This document shows positions 27,313 through 38,537 of a stretch of DNA of 52,388 nt, piece by piece. A program made the position numbers and the translations under genes. The first letter of the stretch is position 1. Each line of letters starts with the position of its first letter. This DNA comes from Thermoanaerobaculia bacterium. Its GTDB lineage: Bacteria > Acidobacteriota > Thermoanaerobaculia > Multivoradales > Multivoraceae. Location of the stretch: the NCBI GenBank assembly GCA_035544635.1, contig DATKDQ010000222.1, positions 1 through 52,388 on the forward strand, given 5' to 3'. The notes below the pieces were generated by a model that worked only from the letters and a program-made list of their open reading frames with translations, ran no database searches and was not told the DNA's origin.

Positions 27313-29433
27313 TCAGCCCGGCGCGGGGTCGATCGCCACCACGCGGTAGCGCTTGCCGCCCAGATCCAGTTCCTCCCCCGGCTTCCGGCCGAGCAGCAGC
27401 CGTCCCACCTCCGACTGGTAGGACAGGACCCCGGCTTCGGGATCGCTCTCCCACGGTCCCAGCAGGATGAGGCTGCGCTCCTCGCCTTCCTCGCTCCGCA
27501 GCCGCGCCGCCGTGCCGATTCCGACCCGCGAGAGGTCGACCTGACCGAAGTCGATCGGCTTGGAGCGGGCGAGCTCGTTGGACAGCGCCTCGGCTCGTGC
27601 GCTCAGGTACTCGTGGCGCTGGCGCGCCGCCTTGTACTCGAAGTTCTCGCGCAGGTCGCCGTGCGCGCGCGCCTCCTCGATGGCGCGGCGATTGCGAGGA
27701 ATCTCGTCCTCGAGCAGGGCCTTCAGCTCCCCGCGCTTGCGGCGGATGGACTCCTCCAGCGCGTACAGCGGCTCCTCGGTCTCGCGCAGCGCCGGGAAGC
27801 GCACCAGGACGGCGTCCTCCAGCGCGCGGCGCCGATCGAGCGTGAGACCGGTCGTGCGGCGTACCGACTCGAGGGCGTCGGCCGCCTCGGCGACGTCGAG
27901 ATGTGGAAGCAGGCGCGGCAGCGTGCCTCCGGACTCCGCGAGCGCGGCCAAGCGCTTGCGGAAGGGCTGGAGCTCGTCGCGCCCGACCGCTGTCAGGATC
28001 CGCTTGAAGAGGCGCAGCGGCGAGGGTCCACGCAAGCTCTCGTCGACCCCGGCGCGCTCGGCGATCCAGGTGAAGAAGGCGGGCGCGTCGGCCGGCTGCA
28101 CCAGCGCGCGATCCACCAGTCGCCCCACCATCACGGGGTCCTTGGCGCCGAGCGTTCTGACCAGCTCAGACAGGAGGCTCGGCTCGCTCTCGGCCAGGAT
28201 CGCTGACGCGTACACCGCCGCCCAGTCGCTGCGCACCTCGCGGACCAGCTCGTAGGCCCGGGCCCGCACGGCCTTCGCCGGGATGCTCGACAGCAGCCGG
28301 TCGGGGTTCTCGGCCGCGGCGACCAGCGCCGCCGCTCTCCCGAGCACGTTGCCCTCCTGCGCGGGCGGGGGCTCGGCCTCGGGGGCGAAGCGATCGAGCG
28401 CGAGCGCGATCTCGAACGCGAGCGCCGGTTCGGTCGCCGCCGCGTCGCGCGCCCGGGCGAGCAAGCTGTCGATCATCCGCCGCCGCAGGTCCGGGTCCTG
28501 GGTGTCGGCCTTGCGCAGGAGCTCGATCTGTGCGGCCGGCTGCGCGCCCTCGAACTGGCGCCACACGGTCGAGGTCGCCTCCTCGCTCGAGCCTGCCCAG
28601 ATGTAGGCGTTGCGCACGTCGGGGCTCGCCACCACCTGCGGATGACGCCGGGCCGCCGACCACCACGACGTCCAGCGCTCGGGCGGCACCAGCCCCTCGA
28701 CGGCGGCCCGGATCTCGGCGGCGGTCACCGGACGCTGGAAGCTGGTCAGGATGCGCTCGAGGAGCTCGGGCGGGGAGAGCTCGCGAAGACGATCCGGTAC
28801 CTCGATCTTGTGCACCACGAAGTGGTCCGGGCCGAGCAGGGTGAGCAGCTTGCCGGCGGCCCGGAACCCCACGCGCAGGTCGCCGCGGTCGACGAGCTCG
28901 ATCTTGAAGCCCTCGAGGTCGAGATTGACCTCGCCGACGCGACCGGCGCCGTGGCCTTCCACCCAGACGATCGAGCCCGGGGTGAATCGGAGAACGCTCT
29001 CGAGACGGCCCACCCGATCCCAGACCTCGGCGTGGTCGCGCGGAGCCCGGCGCAGACCGAAGGTCTCGAGCGCGTCCTCGAAGCTCGAGTGCGCGCTCCA
29101 CATCTCACGCAGCCTCTCGAGCACCGTGTCGTGGAACCGAGACTTGGCCACCAGGATCTCGCCGGCGGCGCGCAGGAGGTCGAGCCTCTCGGCCCGACGG
29201 CCCTGGAGTCGCAGCTCGTCGTCGAGGACCTCGAGCAGCGTGCGTGCCGAGTCGCCGTGCCCAGACCCGGTCAGATGGCGAGCGATGCCGACGAACCAGT
29301 CGAGGTCCTCCGGCTGATCGGCGACCCGCTCCAGCCAGGCCGATTCGACGGATTCGATGTCGCCCTTCTCGATGCGCTGGCGGATGTCACGGGGAACCGC
29401 CATGGGGCGCACGAAGATATCACGGGCTTTCAT
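27313..29433 (-). CDS. Large GreA/GreB-module fusion protein (706 aa)
   Basis: ATG 29433 (MKARDIF) has GAGG 6 nt upstream. The C-terminal ~150 aa carry the Gre coiled-coil tip GDLRENFEYKAARQRH and the Gre C-terminal domain (…VGIGTAARLR…LLGPWESDP…VLSYQSEVGRLLLGRKPGE). The N-terminal ~550 aa have no confident assignment. Confidence 0.8.
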   Translation of the reverse strand: MKARDIFVRPMAVPRDIRQRIEKGDIESVESAWLERVADQPEDLDWFVGIARHLTGSGHGDSARTLLEVLDDELRLQGRRAERLDLLRAAGEILVAKSRFHDTVLERLREMWSAHSSFEDALETFGLRRAPRDHAEVWDRVGRLESVLRFTPGSIVWVEGHGAGRVGEVNLDLEGFKIELVDRGDLRVGFRAAGKLLTLLGPDHFVVHKIEVPDRLRELSPPELLERILTSFQRPVTAAEIRAAVEGLVPPERWTSWWSAARRHPQVVASPDVRNAYIWAGSSEEATSTVWRQFEGAQPAAQIELLRKADTQDPDLRRRMIDSLLARARDAAATEPALAFEIALALDRFAPEAEPPPAQEGNVLGRAAALVAAAENPDRLLSSIPAKAVRARAYELVREVRSDWAAVYASAILAESEPSLLSELVRTLGAKDPVMVGRLVDRALVQPADAPAFFTWIAERAGVDESLRGPSPLRLFKRILTAVGRDELQPFRKRLAALAESGGTLPRLLPHLDVAEAADALESVRRTTGLTLDRRRALEDAVLVRFPALRETEEPLYALEESIRRKRGELKALLEDEIPRNRRAIEEARAHGDLRENFEYKAARQRHEYLSARAEALSNELARSKPIDFGQVDLSRVGIGTAARLRSEEGEERSLILLGPWESDPEAGVLSYQSEVGRLLLGRKPGEELDLGGKRYRVVAIDPAPG

Positions 29434-29482
29434 TGACCGCCTCGCGCGGCGGGGACTAGAGTACGGTCGAGCTCGGTCATCG

Positions 29483-30298
29483 ATGAGCCACCGACGGAAA
29501 GAGGAGGAGCGCAAGCCACGACCCTGGGAAGTGGATCGCGACGGCGGCCCCGACTCGTTCGGCGACTGGCTCAAGCGACAGCGGAGTCTGCGCGAGATAA
29601 GCCTGCGCGAGATCTCCGACGTCACCAAGATCAGCCTGCGCTACCTCGAGGCGCTCGAGGAGAATCGCTTCTCGGTGCTCCCGGCCGCGGTGTTCGCTCG
29701 CGGCTTTCTGCGCGAGTACGCCCGCTACGTCGGCCTCGATCCCGACGAGGTCGTCAACTACTACAGCGTGGCGCAGCAAGACCAGGAGCCCGAGGGCACG
29801 CCCTCGAAGCCGCGCCCTCGGCGGCTCCACTCGTCGACCCAGTGGCTCTACGGTCTGGTCCTCACCGGAGGCGTGGTCGGTCTGTTCGGGGTGGTCGCCG
29901 CCGTGTCATTCTGGGCCGAACGACGACCGGCCAGCGTGGAGCCCCCTCCGATCGCCGCGCCGGTCTTCGCACCGGCGCCGCCTCCGCCCGTGGCGGAGAC
30001 CTCGGGGGCGCCGCTCGAGGTCACGCTCGACTTCACCGAGAACTGCTGGGTGGAGGCGATCCTCGACGGGAGCGAGCGCATCAGCGAGCTGCGGGTGCAG
30101 GGCGAGTCGCTCCGGCTCAGGGCGACGGAGAGCGTCGCGCTGACACTGGGCAACGCCGCCGGTGTGCGCATCGAGGTGAACGGGCGGCCGTTCGAGATCG
30201 CGGGCGGTAGCGGGACAGTTCGCGCCGTCGAGATCACGCTCGATTCGCTGCGAGCCGCAGAGGCCCCGGACAGCGGCGCCGGAGGGTCGAGCCTCTGA
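29483..30298 (+). CDS. rodZ: RodZ-like cytoskeleton protein (HTH, TM helix, DUF4115-like C-terminus)
   Basis: ATG 29483. The HTH region is FGDWLKRQRSLREISLREISDVTKISLRYLEALEENRF, and the TM helix is WLYGLVLTGGVVGLFGVVAAVSFW. The C-terminus reads CWVEAILDG...LTLGNAAGVRIEVNG. Confidence 0.75.
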   Translation: MSHRRKEEERKPRPWEVDRDGGPDSFGDWLKRQRSLREISLREISDVTKISLRYLEALEENRFSVLPAAVFARGFLREYARYVGLDPDEVVNYYSVAQQDQEPEGTPSKPRPRRLHSSTQWLYGLVLTGGVVGLFGVVAAVSFWAERRPASVEPPPIAAPVFAPAPPPPVAETSGAPLEVTLDFTENCWVEAILDGSERISELRVQGESLRLRATESVALTLGNAAGVRIEVNGRPFEIAGGSGTVRAVEITLDSLRAAEAPDSGAGGSSL

Positions 30299-31338
30299 GC
30301 GACCGGTCTCCTTCCGATCCCCCCGAGCGGTCGCAGCTTTCGCTGCTCGACCAGGTCCGCGAGGGCTCGAACCGCCAGCTCCAGCTGCTCGCGGCCGACG
30401 GCCTGCTCCCGGTCGAGCGCAGGGAGCTGCTGCGGCTGCAGGTCTGGCTCACCCAGTCCGACGACGGCGAGATCGCGGGGCGCGCCGTCCGCTCTCTCGA
30501 GCGGAGCGATCCCGAGGTGCTCGCCGCGGCCGCAGCCGAGGTCGATCCCGAGACGCTCGATGTCCTGGTCGAGACGGTGGCGCATCCGCTGGTGCTCGAG
30601 GCGGCTCTCCAGCGGCGCGACATCGCGGTATCGACGCTGCGGCGGCTGGCGGCGTGGGTTCCGGCCCAGCTGCAGGAGATTCTGCTGGTGCGGCAGGAGG
30701 ATCTGCGGCGCAATCCGGAGATCCTCGACGCGCTCGAGTCCAACCCGTACCTGACCGCCTACACCACGCGGGTGCTGCGCGAGTACCGCGAGTATCTGCT
30801 GCCGCAGCGGCCGGCGACGCGCCAGCTCGCTCCGGAGGAGCTCGCCGAGGTCACCGACGAGATCGTCCAGCGCGCGATCGCGACGGTCGCCGTCCACGTC
30901 CCGAGCCAGGGCGAGTACGACGAGCTCACCGGCCTCACCGAGAGCCAGGTCCGCGGCCTGCCGCTGGCGGTGCGGGTGAAGCTCGCGTTCGGCGCGTCGA
31001 AGACGCTGCGCAACATCCTGCTCAAGGACCAGAGCCCGCAGGTCGCGTTGACCGCGCTGAACCGCTGCTCGATCTCGGATCGCGAGATCGAGCAGCTCTG
31101 TCAGAGCCGGAACGTGTCCGAGGAGGTGCTGACCGAGATCAGCCGCCACCGGGAATGGATCAGCAAGTATCGCATCATGTTCATGCTGGTAAAGAACCCG
31201 CGCACGCCGGTGAACGTCTCGACGCAGTTCGTGCCGCGCCTCGCGGCCCGCGACCTCAAGGTGCTCGCCGTCGACCGCAACGTCCCGGACTCGGTGCGGT
31301 CGAGGGCCCGTACCCTCTACCGTCAGAAGACGGCGTGA
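30295..31338 (+). CDS. Helical-repeat hypothetical protein; start uncertain
   Basis: The canonical-start ORF is 30517-31338 (GTG). The same frame shows a strong coding signature back to the in-frame stop at 30208-30210, with GC3 about 92% and GC2 about 46%. There is no ATG, GTG or TTG in that stretch. CTG 30295 overlaps the rodZ-like stop (CTGA) and has GGAGGG 8 nt upstream. Confidence 0.55.
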   Translation: MSDRSPSDPPERSQLSLLDQVREGSNRQLQLLAADGLLPVERRELLRLQVWLTQSDDGEIAGRAVRSLERSDPEVLAAAAAEVDPETLDVLVETVAHPLVLEAALQRRDIAVSTLRRLAAWVPAQLQEILLVRQEDLRRNPEILDALESNPYLTAYTTRVLREYREYLLPQRPATRQLAPEELAEVTDEIVQRAIATVAVHVPSQGEYDELTGLTESQVRGLPLAVRVKLAFGASKTLRNILLKDQSPQVALTALNRCSISDREIEQLCQSRNVSEEVLTEISRHREWISKYRIMFMLVKNPRTPVNVSTQFVPRLAARDLKVLAVDRNVPDSVRSRARTLYRQKTA

Positions 31339-31361
31339 GGTCGAGCGGTCGGAGCGGAACG

Positions 31362-31988
31362 GTGACTGCCGAGAAGCAGAACTACTACGCGATTCTCGGG
31401 GTGGTCCAGGAGGCGACCGAGGCGCAGATCCGGGCCCGCTTCAAGGAGCTCGTCCGCCGTCATCACCCGGACCGCTTCGTCGGCGGGGAGAAGTTGAAGG
31501 CGGAGGAGCGCTTCCAGGCGATCACCGAGGCGGTGAACGTCCTCACCAGCCCGACGCGGCGCCGCGACCACGACTTCGAGCTGGCTCAGCACAAGGGAGG
31601 CGAGCGGCGGGGCCAGGACGGCGATCGCGTCGCCCAGGCCTACCTGCAACGCGGCGCCAAGGCCTACCGCGATCGCAACTGGGTGCAGGCGGCCGACAAC
31701 TTCCACCGCGCCACCGAGGCGCAGCCGCAGAACGCGCGCGCCTTCTACCTCTTGGCGCTGGCGTGCATCCAGAACCGGCGCTTCAAGCAGCAGGCGGTGA
31801 ACGCGATCAGCCGCGCCTGCGAGCTCGAGCCGATCAACGTCGAGTACCTCACGCTCGGGGGCCGGATCCTCGCGGAGGCGGGTTTAGCGGCCAAGGCGGA
31901 GAAGTTCTATACTGCGGCTTTGCGTTGGGGCGGGCCCGATCCGGCGATCGAGGAGGCCCTGCGGAAACTCAGGAATCCTCGCTCCTGA
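31362..31988 (+). CDS. J-domain (DnaJ-like) protein with TPR repeats
   Basis: GTG 31362, with GGAG 7 nt upstream. NYYAILGV...ELVRRHHPDRF contains the HPD motif. TPR-like repeats follow. An alternative GTG at 31335 overlaps the previous stop. Confidence 0.8.
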   Translation: MTAEKQNYYAILGVVQEATEAQIRARFKELVRRHHPDRFVGGEKLKAEERFQAITEAVNVLTSPTRRRDHDFELAQHKGGERRGQDGDRVAQAYLQRGAKAYRDRNWVQAADNFHRATEAQPQNARAFYLLALACIQNRRFKQQAVNAISRACELEPINVEYLTLGGRILAEAGLAAKAEKFYTAALRWGGPDPAIEEALRKLRNPRS

Positions 31989-32008
31989 ATGAGTCGCTCG
32001 CACCCGGT

Positions 32009-32809
32009 ATGAGCTCCATCCTCGCCTGCGGTCAGACCGATCCCGGCCTGGCGCGCCTCCACAACGAGGACGCGTTTCGCGTCGACGGCGACAACGGGCT
32101 GTACCTGGTCGCCGACGGCATGGGCGGCCACAGCCATGGCGAGGTGGCGTCGAAGATCGCCGTCGAGACCATCGCCAAGGCGCTGCGCAGCCCGGTCGAG
32201 GTCAGCAAAACGGCACCGGCTGGGGGCGGCGACGGCGCGGGGCTGGCCCAGGGTGATGGGGAGCTCCGCCCCCATTCCATTCGCTTCAAGGAGGCGATTC
32301 GGCGTGCGCACGACGCCATGCTTCTCGCCATCCGGGACGACCTGCGCCTGCAGGGCATGGGCACCACCGTCGCCGGCCTCCTGGTGCGGGACGGAGTGGC
32401 CACGGTCGCCCACGTCGGCGACAGCCGCGTCTACCGGCTCCGCTCCGGTGAGCTGCGGCTTCTCACCCGCGATCACACCTGGGTCAACGAGCAGGTGATC
32501 GCCGGGTTCCTGACCGAGGACCAGGCGCGGACGCATCCACTGCGCAACGTCGTCACCCGGGCCCTGGGCGGCGAGGCCGACGTCTCGGTCGACGTGCAGG
32601 AGGTGGATCTGCGCCCGGGCGACCTCTACCTGGTCTGCTCCGACGGGTTGACCTCGATGCTCACCGACGCCGAGATCCGCGCCCGGGTGGCGAGCGGAAG
32701 CCCGCTCGACGAGATCTGCCGGCAGCTCATCGCCGACGCCAACGAGCGCGGGGGCGTCGACAACATCACCGTGATCCTCGCCCGCATCCTGGACGATTCA
32801 GCCGCGTGA
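32009..32809 (+). CDS. PP2C-family Ser/Thr protein phosphatase
   Basis: ATG 32009. Motifs present are RLHNEDAF, LYLVADGMGGHSHGEVAS, GTTVAGLL, VAHVGDSR, LVCSDGL and GGVDNITV. Confidence 0.9.
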   Translation: MSSILACGQTDPGLARLHNEDAFRVDGDNGLYLVADGMGGHSHGEVASKIAVETIAKALRSPVEVSKTAPAGGGDGAGLAQGDGELRPHSIRFKEAIRRAHDAMLLAIRDDLRLQGMGTTVAGLLVRDGVATVAHVGDSRVYRLRSGELRLLTRDHTWVNEQVIAGFLTEDQARTHPLRNVVTRALGGEADVSVDVQEVDLRPGDLYLVCSDGLTSMLTDAEIRARVASGSPLDEICRQLIADANERGGVDNITVILARILDDSAA

Positions 32810-33926
32810 TGGACGAGGTCGGCGTCGTCGGCGGTGGTCCGGCGGGGGCCGCCGCCGCGCTGGCGCTGGCGCGCGCCGGAGCGGGTGTCACCTTGTATCG
32901 GCCCGCGCGGCCCGGTGAGAAGCCCTGCGGTGGTGCAATCCCCGACGCGTTCCTGCCCTCGATCGAGGGCTTCGCCGCGCCGGCGTCACCGGCGGTGCGT
33001 CCTTCACGGCTGGTGCTCGAGAACGCGTCGGGTTCGCGGCTCGAGCTCGAGGCGCCCGGACTGCGGGTCTTCCGTCGCGCCGATCTCGACCGCTCGCTCC
33101 AGGCCGCCGCCGTGGCGGCCGGCGCGAGGATGGTCGAGGCGAAAGTCGACGCGATCGCGCCCGGCACGCGGGGGGTCGAGGTCCGGGCCGGCTGTGAGCG
33201 GCGGCGGTTCTCGTGGCTGGTCGGCGCCGACGGCGCGCGTGGACTGGCGCGCCGCTCGCTCGGCCTTGCGCCGGGCGAGGAGAGCCTCGGCGTCGGCGCG
33301 TCGCTCGACGGGCCCGTTCCGGACCGGCTGGTGCTCGGATTCCCCGACGCCGCGGACGCCTACTGCTGGCTCTTTCCGCGTCCAGGTGGGATGTCGGTCG
33401 GCATCGCCTTCGACCCCCGACGGCTGTCGCGCGGCGCCGGCGCCGCCGCTCTCGTTCGCTTTCTCGACCGTCACCTGCCGGGCGCGAGCGCGGCGCTCGC
33501 TTCCGGTCGCCGCTACCGCTACCCGATCCCGGTATACGGCGCGGGCACCCGGGACGCGATCGAGCAGGGCACGCGCTCGCGGATGCTCTTGGTCGGGGAC
33601 GCCGCCGGCGTCGCGGATCCACTGACGCGGGAGGGAATCCGCTGGGCCATTCTCACCGGCACCTGGGCCGCCGAGAGCCTGGTCTCGCAGCGGCCGGAGC
33701 GCTTCGCCGATCGCGTCGAGGCCGGGCTCGAACCCGAGCTCGGTCGCGCCCGGCGCGCGTCGCGGCTCTTCTACGAGGAGCCGATGGCACAGTGGATGGT
33801 GCCCGTGGCGCGGGTGCATCCGAGGATCCGCGGTGTGCTGCGCGACCTCCTGACCTGCAGCCAGACCTACGTCGGCCTGCGCCGTCGCCTGCTCGAAGCG
33901 ACGTTCGGGCGGTATGCTGCCCCCCT

Positions 33927-33930
<4 letters not shown>
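32806..33930 (+). CDS. Geranylgeranyl-reductase-family FAD-dependent oxidoreductase
   Basis: [14 protein letters not shown] dinucleotide fold, KPCGG, GADG, and [17 protein letters not shown]. The start is GTG 32806 or ATG 32809, overlapping the PP2C stop. Confidence 0.8.
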
Positions 33931-36890
<2,960 letters not shown>

Positions 36891-36912
36891 CGGCCGGGCG
36901 GAGTGCCGATCC

Positions 36913-38523
36913 CTACTCTCCGGCGGCGAGTTGCCCGGTGAGGGGCTCCGGCCGGCTTGCCCACCCCTCGCGCTCGCGGGCGATGGCGTACTCCATGGCG
37001 TCGGCGAGCGCGGTCCAGCTCGCCTCGATGATGTTGGTCGACGCGCCGACAGTGGTCCACTGGCGCGCGCCCTTCTGGAAGTCGATCAGCACCCGGGTGG
37101 TGGCGGCGGTGCCCTCCTGGGAGTCGAGGATGCGCACCTTGTAGTCGGAGAGGTGGACGTCCTGGATCTCGGGATGGGTGTCGGCGAGCGCCTTGCGCAG
37201 CGCGAGCGACAGCGCGTTCACCGGCCCGTTGCCCTCGGCCGCGGTGTGCACCAGCCTGCCCTCGACCTCGACCTTCACCGTGGCCTCGGAGAAGAGGCCG
37301 CGGCCCTCCCGGTGCTCCACCACGACCATGAAGTCGACCAGTTGGAACGGCGCGCGGTACTCGGCGTGGGTGCGCCGCAGCATCATCTCGACCGAGGCCT
37401 CGGCGCCCTCGAAGGTGTAGCCCTTGCTCTCGAGGTCCTTGACCCGCTCCAGCACCTCGCGCGCCCGTGAGGCGTCGGTGGCGAGCGCTTGCCGCTCCGC
37501 GAGGTGGAGGATGTTACCGCGGCCCGAGAGCTCGGAGACTACGGTGCGCATCTCGTTGCCGACCAGCGCTGGCTCGACGTGCTGGTAGCTCTCCGGGCAC
37601 TTGAGCATCGCCGCGACGTGGATGCCGCCCTTATGGGCGAACGCGCTGCGCCCCACGTACGGCGAGTAGTCGTCGTGCGGTATGTTTGCGACCTCGGCGA
37701 CGTAGCGCGACAGCTCGGTGAGCTCGCGCAGCCGCTCGGGAGGCACGCAGCGCCGTCCCATCTTGAGCTGGAGATCGGGAACGATGGTGGTGAGGTTGGC
37801 GTTCGAGACGCGCTCGCCGTAGCCGTTGACCGTACCTTGGACCATGACGGCGCCGGCGCGCACCGCGACCAGCGAGTTGGCCACGCCGCAGCCGCCGTCG
37901 TCGTGGGTATGGATGCCGACGGGTGCCGCGGCCGAGCGGCAGACCGAGGCCGTGATCGCTTCGACCTCCCACGGCAGCGTGCCGCCGTTGGTGTCGCACA
38001 GCACCAGAAAGTCGGCGCCCCCGCGGGCCGCCGCCTCGAGGGTCGCTATCGCGTAGCCCGGATTGGCCTTCCACCCGTCGAAGAAGTGCTCGGCGTCGTA
38101 CACCACCTCCCGGCCGGCGCGCTTCACGTAGCGGACGCTGTCCTCGACCATCGCCAGGTTCTCGGCGAGTGTGGTCTCGATCACCTGCTCGACGTGCAGG
38201 TCCCAGCTCTTGCCGACCAGCGTGACGACCGGAGTGCGCGCCTCGAGCAGCGCCTGAATATTGGCGTCCCGGTCGCAGTGGGTCTGCTTGTAGCGTGTGC
38301 TGCCGAAGGCGCAGATCCTCGCCTGCCGGAGTGGAATCTCGCGGACGCGGGCGAAGAACTCGGCATCCTTGGGGTTCGAGCCCGGCCAGCCGCCCTCGAT
38401 GTAGGGGATGCCGAAGGAGTCGAGCCGCTGCGCGATCTTGATCTTGTCGCCGAGCGAGAGCGAGAGGTTCTCGCGCTGGGTGCCGTCGCGCAGCGTGGTG
38501 TCGTAGAGGAAGACCTGGCTCAT
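36913..38523 (-). CDS. cimA: (R)-citramalate synthase (LeuA-family, CimA type)
   Basis: ATG 38523 gives MSQVFLYDTTLRDGTQRENLSLSLGDKIKIAQRLDSFGIPYIEGGWPGSNPKD. 536 aa with a C-terminal regulatory domain. The track ORF extension to 39912 was rejected. Confidence 0.85.
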   Translation of the reverse strand: MSQVFLYDTTLRDGTQRENLSLSLGDKIKIAQRLDSFGIPYIEGGWPGSNPKDAEFFARVREIPLRQARICAFGSTRYKQTHCDRDANIQALLEARTPVVTLVGKSWDLHVEQVIETTLAENLAMVEDSVRYVKRAGREVVYDAEHFFDGWKANPGYAIATLEAAARGGADFLVLCDTNGGTLPWEVEAITASVCRSAAAPVGIHTHDDGGCGVANSLVAVRAGAVMVQGTVNGYGERVSNANLTTIVPDLQLKMGRRCVPPERLRELTELSRYVAEVANIPHDDYSPYVGRSAFAHKGGIHVAAMLKCPESYQHVEPALVGNEMRTVVSELSGRGNILHLAERQALATDASRAREVLERVKDLESKGYTFEGAEASVEMMLRRTHAEYRAPFQLVDFMVVVEHREGRGLFSEATVKVEVEGRLVHTAAEGNGPVNALSLALRKALADTHPEIQDVHLSDYKVRILDSQEGTAATTRVLIDFQKGARQWTTVGASTNIIEASWTALADAMEYAIAREREGWASRPEPLTGQLAAGE

Positions 38524-38537
38524 GATCGAAATGCTCC

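Noticed and set aside
33213-33926. Upstream extension of the gcvP frame (the 1225-aa ORF).
   Set aside because: - It overlaps the geranylgeranyl-reductase-like gene.
- GcvP similarity begins at ATG 33927 (MTNVAVSTP...FVDRHIGP).
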